DNA from: Phaeosaccion multiseriatum
Taxonomy: Eukaryota > Protista > Ochrophyta, other classes
Assembly: GCA_965112735.1 (NCBI GenBank)
Contig: OZ218962.1
Location: 806,001-870,000 of the forward strand
Reading direction: 5' to 3'
DNA: 64,000 nt
A model generated the notes under the pieces. It had not been told where the DNA came from. It did not search any database and saw only the letters and a program-made list of their open reading frames with translations. Positions 11,086 to 23,022 of the stretch are shown one piece after another; positions within the stretch are counted from its first letter, which is position 1, and each line of letters opens with the position of its first letter. A program made the translations under genes and the position numbers.

Positions 11086-12414
11086 TCGGAAGCGGGAGGA
11101 GGAGGAGGAGGAGCTCTACGGCTGCTGGATCACCAACTGCTGTAGCTGGTGATTCGTCGTCGCTCCACATCACCGTGCAGGCCCTAACGAGAGACCACAA
11201 GCCCCACCACAAGAAGGAGAAGGAAAGGATAGAGAGCAGCGGCGGCCGAGTGTATCCGGATGGGCTCGAGCAGCAGGATGGAGAAGACTCGACGCGGAAC
11301 CCGCATGCCTCGCCATCCCGAGTGTGGAAGGCGAACGGAGACGGACCCGGTCTGGCCATGAGCAGGTCTATCGGAGACAGAGTGGCGCACAGTGTGGGCG
11401 TGTCCCACGAGCCGGAGGTGAGGAGGAGCAAGACGTGATGCGGCTGTGCTCTCTGACTCTGTTGTGTTTGGTCACACCCCGTCTCGCGCGCTCACTCTCG
11501 ACACGTCCTTTGTACCGTAACTACCCGTACTCGCATGTACGACACACGTACGCACACGTGTACGTGTACGCACGTATGCACGCACTCACTTTGAGTAAGC
11601 ACTTTGCTCACATGCCCTCCTCCGTCCGCTACCATCTATCGTCATCCTCCGTCCACTGCCATCCCATCGATGTGAATGGATGCAGATCGTGGAGCTGGAG
11701 TTGGAGGAGAGTGCGCTGGCCCTTGTTGTGGCCTCGGATGGAGTGTGGGACGTGCTCACCCCGCAGGACGTTGTGGATATCATCAGGCCACATGTAGTAG
11801 CAGGAGCGGCAGCCGCTGCAGCAGTTGGTGATACGGCAGCAGCAGCAGCAGCAGGAGCAGCAGGAGGAGGAGGAGGAGGAGGAGGAGGAGGAGGAGGAGC
11901 AGCAGCAGCAGCAGGGGGCATAGGTAGAGGGGCTGGAGCGGGAAAGATTGACAGTAGCAGCAGTAGTCGAAGCGGTAAGGGTAGCGGTAGTAGAAGCAGT
12001 GGTAGGAATCGTACTCAGCGAGGGCGCAGCGCGGGCTGCTGGGATCCGCAGGCGGCGAGTGAAGATGTGTGTGCACGGGCCTTGGAGCTGTGGGAGAGCG
12101 TTATGCTTGCGTCGGACGACTGCTCGTGTGTCATTGTGAGGATACCACCTGCGGCAGTTGGTGATACATCAGCAGGAGCAGCAGGAGCAGCAGCAGGAGG
12201 AGGAGGAGGAGGAGGTGGTGGTGGTGGTGGTGGAGGAGGAGAAGAAGGAGAATGCGGTGGGGGGGCGGGAGGGGTTGGGATTCTTGCCCTTGGGGCTCCT
12301 CATCACAACCACCCACACCCCCGCCAGCAGTTATCTCAACAGTCGCTCCAGCGCCGCTCCTCCTCAGTGATGAAGGAGCCGCACCACCCTCTCTTTGGGG
12401 GGGGGCACTTGTAG
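8485..12414 (+). CDS. PP2C/PPM-family Ser/Thr protein phosphatase with a long low-complexity N-terminus
   Basis: Exons 8485-10339, 10594-11417 and 11686-12414. PP2C motifs are CQD, VADGHG, SGCT, ANVGDSR, LTRDHKP..E..RI...GG, LAMSRSIGD, VASDGVWD and DDCSCVIV. Confidence 0.9.
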
Positions 12415-13033
12415 GGGAGGGGAGGAGGTATTTATTGTAGGGTTGTGGAGGTTTAGGTTCAGTTCAACAACTAAAATCGACCTCTACCGCCCATGTCGCG
12501 CACCTGAAGATCAATACATAGATTGCAACTCCTACCTCACGGCCCTTGGCTTTGTTTCGTGAAGGACGAGGAGGGCAGCCCTTGGCTCAGCTAAAAGCTT
12601 AGCGCAAGGAATGGGGTATAAACGTATAAACAGGTCGGTGGTGAGGCCAGATCGATACCATTGTATAGACAAATAGGAAAGAAAGACGGCACACCAACGA
12701 GATCCGACCTGGCTCTGCTCTCACTCCGCAAGGAAGGGTGCGACTCCCTGATCCCTTGGACGAGGAAAGATCTGTACTACAGTATTACAAAACAGAATAG
12801 CGTGTTTCTCCTATACTCCATTCCACACGCAGCTTACCTACGAATGCGTGGGGCAAAAATTAATAGCACTAACCCTAAACTAGATACGCCGAAGCAAGCC
12901 AAAGAGAGGTGTATTCCATGGCGGAATACCCCTGCAGCGGCCCTCCCCTCCACCCTCCGCGCCCCGGCTGCGTTCGTGCGTGCCTGCCTGCCTGCGCGTG
13001 TGTGTGTGTGTGCGTGTGTGCCTCCCATGTGCC

Positions 13034-15049
13034 TCATCCGATTTGCCGCTTCCCCGGCGCCCTGATCCTCTTCTTCGGTGGTCCCGTGGCCGCTGCGGTG
13101 TCCTCCTCGTCCCCTCCTCCAATCGAACCCCTCTTGGAGCCCCTTGGGGAAGTGCCCGCCTTCGGACTCCCGGTCGCCTTACTGCTACCCTTCCCTCTTC
13201 CCCTTCCTTTGCCCTTGCCTGAGGTCGCCGCCTCCCCGTCCTCCTCCTCCTCCTCCGCCGCCGCCGCCTTCTTACCCTTGCCTGCTGCTGCCCTTCCTTT
13301 CGCTGCAGTCTTGCCCCCTGCCTTCACGGCCTTCGGTGCCCCCTTTGCGGCGGCAGCAGCGGCGGCTGCTGCTTTCTTGCCCCCGCCCCCCCTTGTCCCC
13401 TTGCCCTTGGTGCCTCCCCTCCCCTTGGGTGAAGCGCCGCTGCCCCCTCCTGCCCCTCCTCCTCCAGGTCCGTCCCCGGCCCTCGGTGAAGAGAACTTGT
13501 TGGAGAAGCCCGGCAACTTGGGGGAGCTGATGGCTTGCAGAGCCGCCGCCGCTGCCTGAAGGTCATCCTCGTCCCTATCCCCCGCCGCTTGGTCCGCCTT
13601 CTTGGCCTTCTTGGGCCTCCCCTTGCCCGCCCCCTTGCCCCCTCCTCTGCCTCCCTTGCCGCCCCTCTTGCCTCCTCTGCTGCCGCTGCCCCGCGCATAG
13701 CCTTGACGCACACTAAACATATTGACCGGTTGGTTGGCTCGGGGGCTGCCCATTTCGATGATGGTCTTCTCACTCAGATCCAACTTGAGCCCCAGCGAAG
13801 GTTGACTGGAGGTCAGATCCACCGCAGGAAGGGGTCGCATCATCCCCGCCCCGCCCCCAAATGGCGACATCGGATGTGCCATCATTTGCATGTGCATAGG
13901 GCTTGGGGGTGGAGGGTGCATGGCAAAGTAGCCTCCTCCTCGGGGAGACACTCCTGCTGTCATCGGTGACGCCTCGGTCTCCGCCGCTGCCGCTTTTGCC
14001 CCTGCTGCTGCCCCTCCTCCCCCTCCTCCGTCTCCTCCGTCTCCTCCTCCCTTGCCGCCCTTGGAAGAGGGAGAGGGTCCGTCGTAGGCCTCGGGTTGAT
14101 TAGTCAACATGTCTCTGTCTCCACCTCCCTCTCCTTCGCCAGAAGCGGAAGCACTTGAGCCGCCGCCTCCTCCTCCTCCTCCCTCTCCCTTGGGGCTCTT
14201 ACCCCCCACTACATGTGCGAATGACCCCAACGTCCGCGGGGAGCTGCTGTAGTAGCCGTGCCCAGGGGGCCATGACTGCGGATAGACAAATCCGGATCCA
14301 GCCTCTGCTGGCAGGGCCATGGGGGGGTAACCGAACTCGACCAACCGCTGATTGTACTCCACAAAGGCAGAGGGGCTTGGCGCGTTGAGAGAGTTAAGCG
14401 CCGCCGCAGCAGCGGTGAGTGCTGCTGCTCGATCTGTCCCATTGCTGCTGCTGTTGCTGCTGTTGATGCTGCTTTTGCCCGACGGCGGCGGCTTGTGATC
14501 GTTCTCATCGCCGCCGCCGGTGCTGCTCCCTGCCCGTACCTCTTTGCTCTTGCTCTTGCCATCGGTGACAAACACACCATCCCCGTCACAGGTCAATCTC
14601 TTCTCGAGATCGCTTCCCACTCCAGCGTCCTTGCTCATGACCGCTTGTAAATCGCTCAGACAGTACACTTGAAACTGCCCACCCCCGCCGCTGCTCTGCT
14701 GCTCGGAACTGGATTCTTCCCCTCCCGCGTCGCTGGAGCGACTCTCTTGAGTGCTGACACTTGCCTCAATTCCCGCCGCCTCCTCTCCCTCTACTGCTGC
14801 TGGCGCAGTCCCCGGCTGTTCTGGTGATGACTGTTCCTCCGACAAAGAAGTACTGTCCCCGTCGTTTGCCCCCCCGTTCTTCAGGTCCACGCCCCCCTCC
14901 GCCTCGTGTAGTTGCCCATTCATATCTTCACAGCTATGCCCACCACCGCCTCGACTTGCCACACCCATCTCGACCGGCCCTTCCCCTCCGGCTACTGCCG
15001 CCAGTGGCACTGGAGCGGTAGCCGTTTGGACGGCGGTCTCGCCTCCCAT
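13034..15049 (-). CDS. Intronless 671-aa low-complexity protein with a basic K/G/A-rich C-terminus; putative nuclear or chromatin protein
   Basis: Long ATG-initiated ORF with coding-like composition. It has nine SP[K/R] motifs, KGRPKK, and a C-terminal NLS-like PPKKRIR. No recognisable folded domain. Confidence 0.7.
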   Translation of the reverse strand: MGGETAVQTATAPVPLAAVAGGEGPVEMGVASRGGGGHSCEDMNGQLHEAEGGVDLKNGGANDGDSTSLSEEQSSPEQPGTAPAAVEGEEAAGIEASVSTQESRSSDAGGEESSSEQQSSGGGGQFQVYCLSDLQAVMSKDAGVGSDLEKRLTCDGDGVFVTDGKSKSKEVRAGSSTGGGDENDHKPPPSGKSSINSSNSSSNGTDRAAALTAAAAALNSLNAPSPSAFVEYNQRLVEFGYPPMALPAEAGSGFVYPQSWPPGHGYYSSSPRTLGSFAHVVGGKSPKGEGGGGGGGGSSASASGEGEGGGDRDMLTNQPEAYDGPSPSSKGGKGGGDGGDGGGGGGAAAGAKAAAAETEASPMTAGVSPRGGGYFAMHPPPPSPMHMQMMAHPMSPFGGGAGMMRPLPAVDLTSSQPSLGLKLDLSEKTIIEMGSPRANQPVNMFSVRQGYARGSGSRGGKRGGKGGRGGGKGAGKGRPKKAKKADQAAGDRDEDDLQAAAAALQAISSPKLPGFSNKFSSPRAGDGPGGGGAGGGSGASPKGRGGTKGKGTRGGGGKKAAAAAAAAAKGAPKAVKAGGKTAAKGRAAAGKGKKAAAAEEEEEDGEAATSGKGKGRGRGKGSSKATGSPKAGTSPRGSKRGSIGGGDEEDTAAATGPPKKRIRAPGKRQIG

Positions 15050-16355
15050 GCTATTCGTGTGTCAAGGGTAGAGCTCTACTGCTCCTCCTCCTGCTCCTCC
15101 TACTTCTTCTGTTGTCGGGACCTGTGTTTGGAGGGCCCCTCCCTGCCCTCTCCTTCGTCCACCTATCCCGCCCCCGCGAGGCCTTCCTCAGGCGCTCTCG
15201 CCGCCCGGGACTGCGCTGCCGCGGTTTCACTTTTACCTCTTCTCACAGCGCCACCCCCACTGAAAAAACGCGCCTGAGTCTTTCCTCGGCGGCCTTCAGA
15301 ATGTGCGTCGAGGTGTGCGCGTTGCTGCGGGGGACGAAAGAGCGAGAGAGATGGAGAGGAGAGGGTGGTGAGCTCGTGAAGTTTGAAAGACTCAATAGGA
15401 GAGAGAGAGAGAGAGGAGAGGCGATTAGCAGACAGCGGGCGGCTCTTCTTTCCACGGCCTCCTGTCTCCTTTATGGGTGCCACCAGAACTGCTGCTCTGT
15501 TTTCTTTAGCATGTTTAATTCCCTGTTTTTTTTCTTCATCCCCTAAAAACAGAATGTAACACAGACTCGTTGCTGCTGCCCAGAGCCGCAGCCCCCGCAA
15601 CTCCAACGAAAAGTAAACCAATTACCTCTCTTCCCTCCCCCCCATAGATCTATGCTACTCTCCCCCTCCTCGCCGTCCTCCGTCGGCCCCTCCTGTTTTG
15701 TCTCCCCACACGCATCTACAAAAAGGCCTACCGAATTTCCCCCTAGGAGAGATGCGGGAAGGAGAGAGCCAGGACCACACAACTACCCGTCCATCCCAGT
15801 AACAAAATTGACGTAGCCCCCATGACAGCGGCCCGCCGCCCCCCCCACCCCTGCCCTGCTTTCCCCCCTCCTCTTCTGGGACCGGCCTTATCTATCGGTT
15901 TGTTCACGAGCCCAAATCAGTTCTCGAGCCACAGCCCCTCTTCCGCCGGCACCAGGTCCCACCACGCAGCCAAACTCACCCCTCTACTCCCGTGCTGGCT
16001 AATGTGCCTTGCTGCTCCTCTGATGGGCGATCTACACGATCCAGCGATTTTATCAGTTTCAAGAGCTTCCACCCCGGGGCCTGTTTCCTATACGACGATG
16101 CTGACTTGGATTGGAAGCCGACCACAAAACAAAAAAGCGCACCAGTGAGAAGTGCATTGTATGAGATCACCCTCCTCCGCTTAGCAGTGGAAAAGGCGCT
16201 GTCAAGGCCTCTTCCTGCTGTCGCAGGAGGAGTAGAGGATAGGAGGGAGCAGGTAACCACACAGCACCCAACAGATTTTTTTGAATTTTGTTGGCCCTCA
16301 GAGGAGCAGCAGTCTTCCCTTCGTCGCGGCTTGGCGCACAGGCGCCAGGGCAGCG

Positions 16356-18772
16356 ATGGCCAGCAACGAGTTTCTGGAGGCCTTCCTCAAGTGGAAGGAG
16401 GAGAGGGGGAAAGATCTTGATGAGATGTTTTCCATGGACTTCTCCCGCTCGAAGCGAGCCGTGTTGTGGGGAGATATGATGGAGGCTGGAGATTTTATGA
16501 CCTTGAAGTACGCATGGGCCATTCCCTCGCCACAGGCCATTGCCACCATCGTCGGCATCTCGCGAGAGAAGGGCCTGGTGGAGATTGGCTGCGGTCTGGG
16601 CTACTGGGCGAGCTTGCTGGAAGCGGCGGGGGCGGATGTGCTAGCCTATGACATTCGTCATGGGGAGAAAGATACATGTCCAGCGGATAGAGCCAATCCA
16701 CGGTGGACCACGGTGAGGGAGGGTTGGGTGTTTGGGTCACTGGTACCCCATGTGACAGCGCTTGTCGGGAGCAGCAGGCCCTCCATCTTCGCACTCGAAA
16801 GGGCCACTCTCGGCTCCTCTCTCCTACACTGAGGTGTTGCGGGTGTTGGTGATCCTCCTGTACGTCCCTTATTCGCCGTCTTTCCTCTCTCGCTTCCCTT
16901 CCTTCCGCCTCTTGCTCAGGTGCGGGAAGGAGGCCCCCACATGCTGGAGGGAGAGGCGTGTGCTGATCGTGTGCTTTTTCTCTGCTACCCTGACGACTTC
17001 GAGGACAGGTCAGCGAAAGGGATGGGGGGGAGAAAGAGGGAGGGAGGGAGAAATGGAGGCAAGTAGGCAAGGAGGGAAGGGGGGCTTGAGAGATGGAGGG
17101 AGGGAGGGAGGGAGGGAGGAAAGGAGGGAGGGAGGGAGGGAAGGAGGGAGGGAGGGAAGGAGGGAGGGGGATGTGGCGCTCTTTACTGTGCTTCTCTTAG
17201 TAGTTTCAGGGGAATGGAAGAATCTCCTGATAGTGCACTCCTTGTTCGTTCGATCATGGACACCAACAAGCAGCAACAGTTGGTGATACACCAGCAGCCT
17301 GCCTGATGCCACCTTCCACCCCTCCTACCCCCCTGTCAAGCTCTGCTTGCACATACTTGTACCTCAAGACTCACAACCTCCTCCTCCTCCACCCCCTCCT
17401 CCTCCTCCTCCTCCCCCCCCCCCCCCCTCCTCCTCCTCCCCCTCCTCCTCCTCACTCACTCACTCACTCACTCACTCACTCACTCCCGCAGTCACTCACT
17501 CAGTTCCTGCCGCCTTCACTCCCTCAGTTCCTGCCGCCTTCACTCCCTCACTCACTCACCCCCTTTACTCAGTCCCTCGCTCCCTCCCTCCCTCCCTCAC
17601 TCACTCAATCAATCAATCACCAGCGACGAAAGCCTGGGCGTGCGGTGCCTGGATGCCTTTCAAGGCAGCATCGTCGTGCATGTGGGCGAGCTTTTCGGGG
17701 ACCCCATCAACGCCATCAACGGCCCTTGGGGTAGGAGCTCTGCCCCGGACTTTCAGACACTATTGGCCACAGACTTTCATTGCGTGCTCAAGCAGGCGCT
17801 GCCGTCTTGGCCACACGCCAATGACCATCTCACGGTGAGAGAGAGAGAGGGGGGGGGGGGAGACTAGAGACGGAGAGAGAGAACTAGAGAGAGCGAGAGG
17901 AACAGAAATGGATACAGAGAGGGAGGTGGGGAGAGAAAGATGGTGAGAGAGAAGAGAGAGAGGGAGAGAGGGCGTGGAGTGGGTGGGGCGTCGACGTCTG
18001 TTGTGCCAGGCGTCTATCAACAGTTCGTGGATCCCCATATACGTGGTGAGGTTGTTTGTTTGTGAGTGTACATGTGCGTGCATGCATGTTTCAGGGTGGA
18101 GAGTGAAGGCCACGGAGGGCTTTCTCTTGGTGCTTGTTTGTAGGCCTTACCATTGGTGCGAGTGTAGTGCTGAGGGTCTTTCTGTTTGTTTTGGGGGTGG
18201 TTTCTGTTCCGACGTGTCTGCCTCGCTCCCTCTTGCCCTTGTTGGCTGTCCGATGAGCGGAGCTCAGCCCTTGAAACTCCCAACCAGGCACGGGGGGGTC
18301 CTTTGCATGACGGCCCTGACCCACACGCTATGCCGTTCCTCTTCAACCTTTCCCCTGTTAGGTGTGGAAGAGGCATACAGAGTGCGTGATACAGTATGGG
18401 GGATGTGTGGGGGACGAAGAAGAAGGAGGAGGCGGGTGCGCGGCAAGAGCAGAAAAGGCAACAGAAAGGGCCGCGGTAAAGGCAGAAAAAGCAGCCGCCG
18501 AAGCAGAAGCAAGAGCAGAGAGGGCGCGCGAGGAGGAAGCAAATAGTATCAAGCAGGCGACGGACGGGGACGAGGACGATGAGGATGACGAGGAGGAGGA
18601 CGAGGACGAGGAGGAGGAGGGGGAAGATAGTGACACTTTCCGTTACATTCCGGTGGATGAGCGCCTCGGAGACAGCGTTGCTCCGGGATTTTCGCATCTG
18701 TCGGGTACGAGCACCTCCTCAGGCAGCAGTAGCAATGGCAGCAGCAAGAAGCGGAAGCAAACTGACAAGTGA
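16356..18772 (+). CDS. Class I SAM-dependent methyltransferase-like protein with an acidic C-terminal tail
   Basis: Exons 16356-16712, 16920-17008, 17624-17834 and 18362-18772 are phase-consistent. Motifs are YAWAIP, VEIGCGLGYWASLL (motif I), VLAYD, LFLCYPD, VHVGE and LPSWP..NDHLTVWKR. A 5' extension through the acceptor at 16301 is possible. Confidence 0.8.
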
Positions 18773-19051
18773 AGCAGGACCTTCGTTCCACCCATCGGTG
18801 ATGCTCTGCTTGTCCTTTACGGAACGTTTGAATCTTCTCTTTCCGGGATACAGACGGGTCGATTGGAGCAGTGCATACAGGGCGACGAGTGCGGTGCGCA
18901 TGCGCGGCGGAAGGGAGGGCACGCGGTCTCCCGACTGCCTCTACGGAGTCTCAGGTTTCAGCGGTTGTGAATCGAAGGGGAGGGCTCGTGTGAGGCCACC
19001 TCCCCCCTCTCCAGCCCACCAGCGCTGCAAGGGAAGGGAAGGGGGTGTCTG

Positions 19052-19462
19052 TTGGCTGAGAGCTCTCTCCCCAGCAACAAGGCAGTGGCCTCTGATTTTG
19101 TGGGCAATGAATGGCTCTGGGCATATGGGCACACGCCTCCCGTCGGGGAAGAGGCCAAGCAAGAGCTCGTCGGGAGGGGTATGCTGAAACGGGGAAAGGG
19201 TGCATGCGCCGCTCACGCCCTCATCTCGGATGGGCAGGCACAGACCTGCATCGACTTCCACAGACCTGCATCGACTTGGACGACCTCGAAGAGGCTCGAA
19301 GAGGCGTTGGGTTGTTGTATCGATGGCTGTACACCACACCATCCTGCGAAAGGCGTGCATGGCGGCGACCATGTGCTGCCATCGTGCTCAGGAGGGTGGC
19401 TGAGGATGGTGGTCATGAGCACACGTCCCTCCTCATTCCCCCCCCTCCTCGCGAAGAAATGA
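19052..19462 (+). pseudogene. Possible degenerate coding fragment of unknown family
   Basis: Non-repetitive, coding-like stretch with overlapping ORFs and two internal tandem duplications. There is no clear start, splice model or recognisable domain. Confidence 0.2.
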
Positions 19463-20471
19463 GACGGGACTATTCACCGAGGGGCGAGGGACGAGCTGCT
19501 CTTGGGGAGGGGACATTCACTGATTTAGAGGAGTCACCGAAGAACTGTTGGGGAGGGGCGTCTGTGCATTAAGCCCTCACTCGCGCTCGATGGCGTGGCG
19601 TGCGGCACGTGGTGAGCGATCGTCTTCGGATCGCAGGCAAGCGATATCTTTGACTCCAAAGCCCTCTTTTGGATATTATGCGGACGTACGATTTGACCGT
19701 TGGCAAAGACTGGAGTCTACCGCCGCACGAGAGGGGCGTTTCTTCCAAGACCGTGCTGGAGGTGGCGTCGGATATGCGCGGGGCCGTCGACGGTTCGAAG
19801 CGAGCGAAGCAAGACTCATATTGAGGGGGAGGGGGGGGGGCATTCTTCTGCCGAGAAGGAGTGAGTAGAGAAGCGGACGATGAGCAAAAGAGTTGCAGCA
19901 GCAACAGTACACGAAGCTTCCAACTTACGCACTTACAAACACATCACCACAATGACTCACTCTATTCAAAGAGACACAAGACCGTATTAAGCGCTTTTTT
20001 TTTCCCCCCCCCAATCACTAAAGAAACTAAAAATTGCACCTTTTATTTATTTATCTTGACCCTTGCTCTCTCTTCTCCCAATGAGCGAAGGTAGACAGAG
20101 GGCATACCCGCCTGACGCCCATGCTCACTTACTTCATTTATAAAGAAACAGCAATCCACCTGCTGCGACGAACGCTCAAAGGCTCTGTTTCGGTGCTGCT
20201 CCCTCCCTTGCCCACTTGCCCAACAGCTTCGTCTGCTTGCTGCCATCCCTACTGAGCCTTCCCAATGCCCATTCCTTCTAACGCACCCCCCCTCACTACT
20301 GCCTTCTAACTATATATAACTGTCAAAATGCCCTGCTGGTCCTCGCTGACAAAAGGACACCTTTCACGCTTTAGTACATCCATCCTGCTCTCCCCCCCCC
20401 CCCCCTCCCCCCCAGCCTTACCCTCCTCCTCCTCTTCCTGCTGCTGCTGCTGCTGCTGCCATGAGCCGACG

Positions 20472-22160
20472 TCAGTGTCTCTTACTGCACTGCTTGGGTT
20501 GGTTCTCCGTCAACAAATGGCAGACGATGCACGACCTGAGTGTAGGAAAGCGACCGCACACACGACAGGACATGGAGAGGGACAGGGGTACAGAGGGAGG
20601 GCAGGCAGAGGGCTTAGGCGAAGGAGAAGGCCCCGAAAGAGGAGAGGATACAAGAGGCAGGTGGGAGAGAGGCCCAAGAAACGGTCCCGCATCAGGCAGA
20701 AGCAGCAGCAGCAGTTGGTGATACGGCAGTCAGAGTTTACCTATGGGCGTGCTCACAGCTGCTGGTGCAGGCAAACTGTTCCTCCTCCTCTTTCTTTCCA
20801 GGGCCGTTGCCGTTGCCGTTGCCGTTGCCTTCCCACAAGTAGTCTGCTTGCGCCGCCCCACCCCCCTCCTCCACCGAGGCAGCCCCCCGGTGTGTCATGG
20901 CGGCCAACATTGAGTCGACCATTTGTGCTCCGTCCATCGTCGACCTTCCACGCGTCGCCCACGCGCCTCCTCCGCCCGCACCATTACCCCGCTGGAACAC
21001 CCTTCCTGCTCCTGCTCCTCCTCCTCCTCCTCCTCCTCCTCCTCCTTCCGCTCCCACATCGCTTCCTGCCCACTCTCTGCCCCCCCCCCGGCTGTTGCTC
21101 TGCCTCTGCCAGCCCCCTGAAGCCCCACTCTTCTCCCCTGCCGCCCTCCCGCCCACTGTCTTCTTGTTCTTGCCCCCCGTCAGAGCCCACTTGGCTAGCT
21201 CCACAACCAATGTGGCAGTGCTCAGTTTTGTTAGCATGTTGGCGACGGCGTGTAGTGCCCACACGAGGGCCACCGGCCACAGCACACGCCTCGCCAGGAT
21301 CCCGCTGCTGTCTGCTGCGGCCATATCGCGGAGCACGAGTACGTGCACTAAGGTATCGAAGCCTGCTCAGCAGAGCAGTGACCGAGCGAGAAGGATTGGG
21401 GGCAGGGAGGAGGGGCAGGGGCAGGTGGTGGTGACTTTAGACTTGATGACATGACTCATAATGAAGGAAACGCAAAACTTTCCTCTCGTACCTTGCAGGA
21501 AGACCCTCTTGATGGATACGAGAATGTCTGGGAGGGTGCCAACGTGCCAGTGGTCAATGAGAATCCGCATGATACCCAGCCCGCCACCCGACCACTTCTT
21601 CCGAGCGTCCAAAGAGATGAGGGTGATCTTGGCGAGATGGTACACCACGCTTACAAGTGCCATGTGGTATGTGAGGCCCTCGAGTCGACACCAGTGGAGG
21701 GCCAACAGGAGAGAGACCACCTCTCTGAGCCAATACGCGGAGAGCACGGATGCAATGACCCAGTACATACGTCGCTTGAGAAGCGCGATGCCGTATTGAC
21801 TGACAGAGGGACGTGGGGGGGGGGCGCTGGATTGGTTAGCAGCCGCAGCCAACAAAAAAAAAAAGAAGCATTCACTCACCGGTCCAGGTTCTGACAGAAA
21901 GGGTTCATGAGTACGTTGAGATGCTGAAGCGCCAGCCACAGCTCATGCGCAAACAGAATGGCCAGCAGCACTTCTGCTCCTCCCTGCTGCCGCTGCTTCT
22001 CCTCCTCCTCTCCCCAAGGCTCCTGAACTGCGTCAGGAGTGACCTGGTCCTTCAGCAGCTGCACAACTGCCGATACATCCTTCTCCAACTCCGAGAGAGA
22101 GTCTCCGACTCCTTGTACACGCCCCCCCAGCGCTGAGAGGGCTTCGGCCACTTCGTCCAT
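20472..22160 (-). CDS. Unknown multi-pass membrane protein with an N-terminal coiled coil and a C-terminal Cys/His cluster
   Basis: Exons 22160-21880, 21799-21492, 21362-20741 and 20535-20472 splice in consistent phases (2, 1, 2). Several hydrophobic segments are present. The C-terminus reads FACTSSCEHAHRSCIVCHLL. Confidence 0.7.
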
Positions 22161-22627
22161 GTTAAAAGAATGGCGCGCGCGGGAGAAAAATGAAATATGA
22201 GGAAGAGGTCACAAATGACGACTGACGTGGTGGTGATACATCCACTTCGTTCCGGGCTGTTTGCGTTTGCGTCATTCGGCGGCGATTGGCCGTAGCGCTC
22301 CAGCGGGCCCGACACGAACGATCGATTCGCCACAGGATCCTGGCTGGTATCAACTTTGTGCCGATGGGGAGAACTGACGCGTCGGAGGGATACGACCTCG
22401 GGGGCTAAGTTCCCCGGGGCGGTGAGCCATTACTTTTAGACACTTTCCTTCCTTCTAGATGGCACTTAACTCAAAGAAAAGTGAACCCCCCCGCCGCCCG
22501 CTTGCTATATAACCACTAACCTGTCGGGCGCCAAGTGCCAGGCAGTTCAGGCAGTTGAGCAACTCCAACCGTGTTCACAGCGTGCAAAGTGGCCACAACA
22601 AAAAATAATAAAGAAAAAAAGGGGGGC

Positions 22628-22658
<31 letters not shown>

Positions 22659-22670
22659 GTAGTGCTTGCG

Positions 22671-22913
22671 TCGACCCTGGACAAGATTATCTGATGACTG
22701 ATTACGGCCGGCGCAGCCGACCTGATTACTGATTATGACCGGCGCCAGCCGGCCTGATTTCTGATTGTGGCGCCAGCCCGAGAATTGGCCGGCGCCAGCC
22801 GGCCTGGTTGCTGGTTACAGCCGGCGACCAGCCGGCCTGATTACTGATTATGCGCCAGCCGGGGCTGATTACTGATTACGGCCGGCGCACACCGTAATCT
22901 TGTCCAGGGTCGA
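22671..22913. mobile_element. 243-bp MITE with perfect 19-bp TIRs and 6-bp TSD CTTGCG
   Basis: TCGACCCTGGACAAGATTA (22671-22689) pairs with TAATCTTGTCCAGGGTCGA (22895-22913). CTTGCG is at 22665-22670 and 22914-22919. The interior is built of roughly 30-bp sub-repeats (GCCGGCCTGATTACTGATTA). Confidence 0.9.
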
Positions 22914-23022
22914 CTTGCGGCCACCAGACATCGCTCAGCAGAGACCAGAGATTGGTTATTTAGGGACCTAGCTCTTCACGAAGACCCTACCCCCCCTCTC
23001 CCTCTCGCCTTCGCACCACCCG

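Noticed and set aside
15992-16252. Upstream coding exon of the methyltransferase-like gene
   Set aside because: It could splice in frame to 16302, but there is no ATG in that frame. Left as a possible 5' UTR exon.
22671-22913. Roughly 30-bp periodic repeats as a CRISPR-like array
   Set aside because: The intervening sequences are similar to one another rather than unique spacers, the array is bounded by TIRs and a TSD, the context is eukaryotic, and there are no cas genes.
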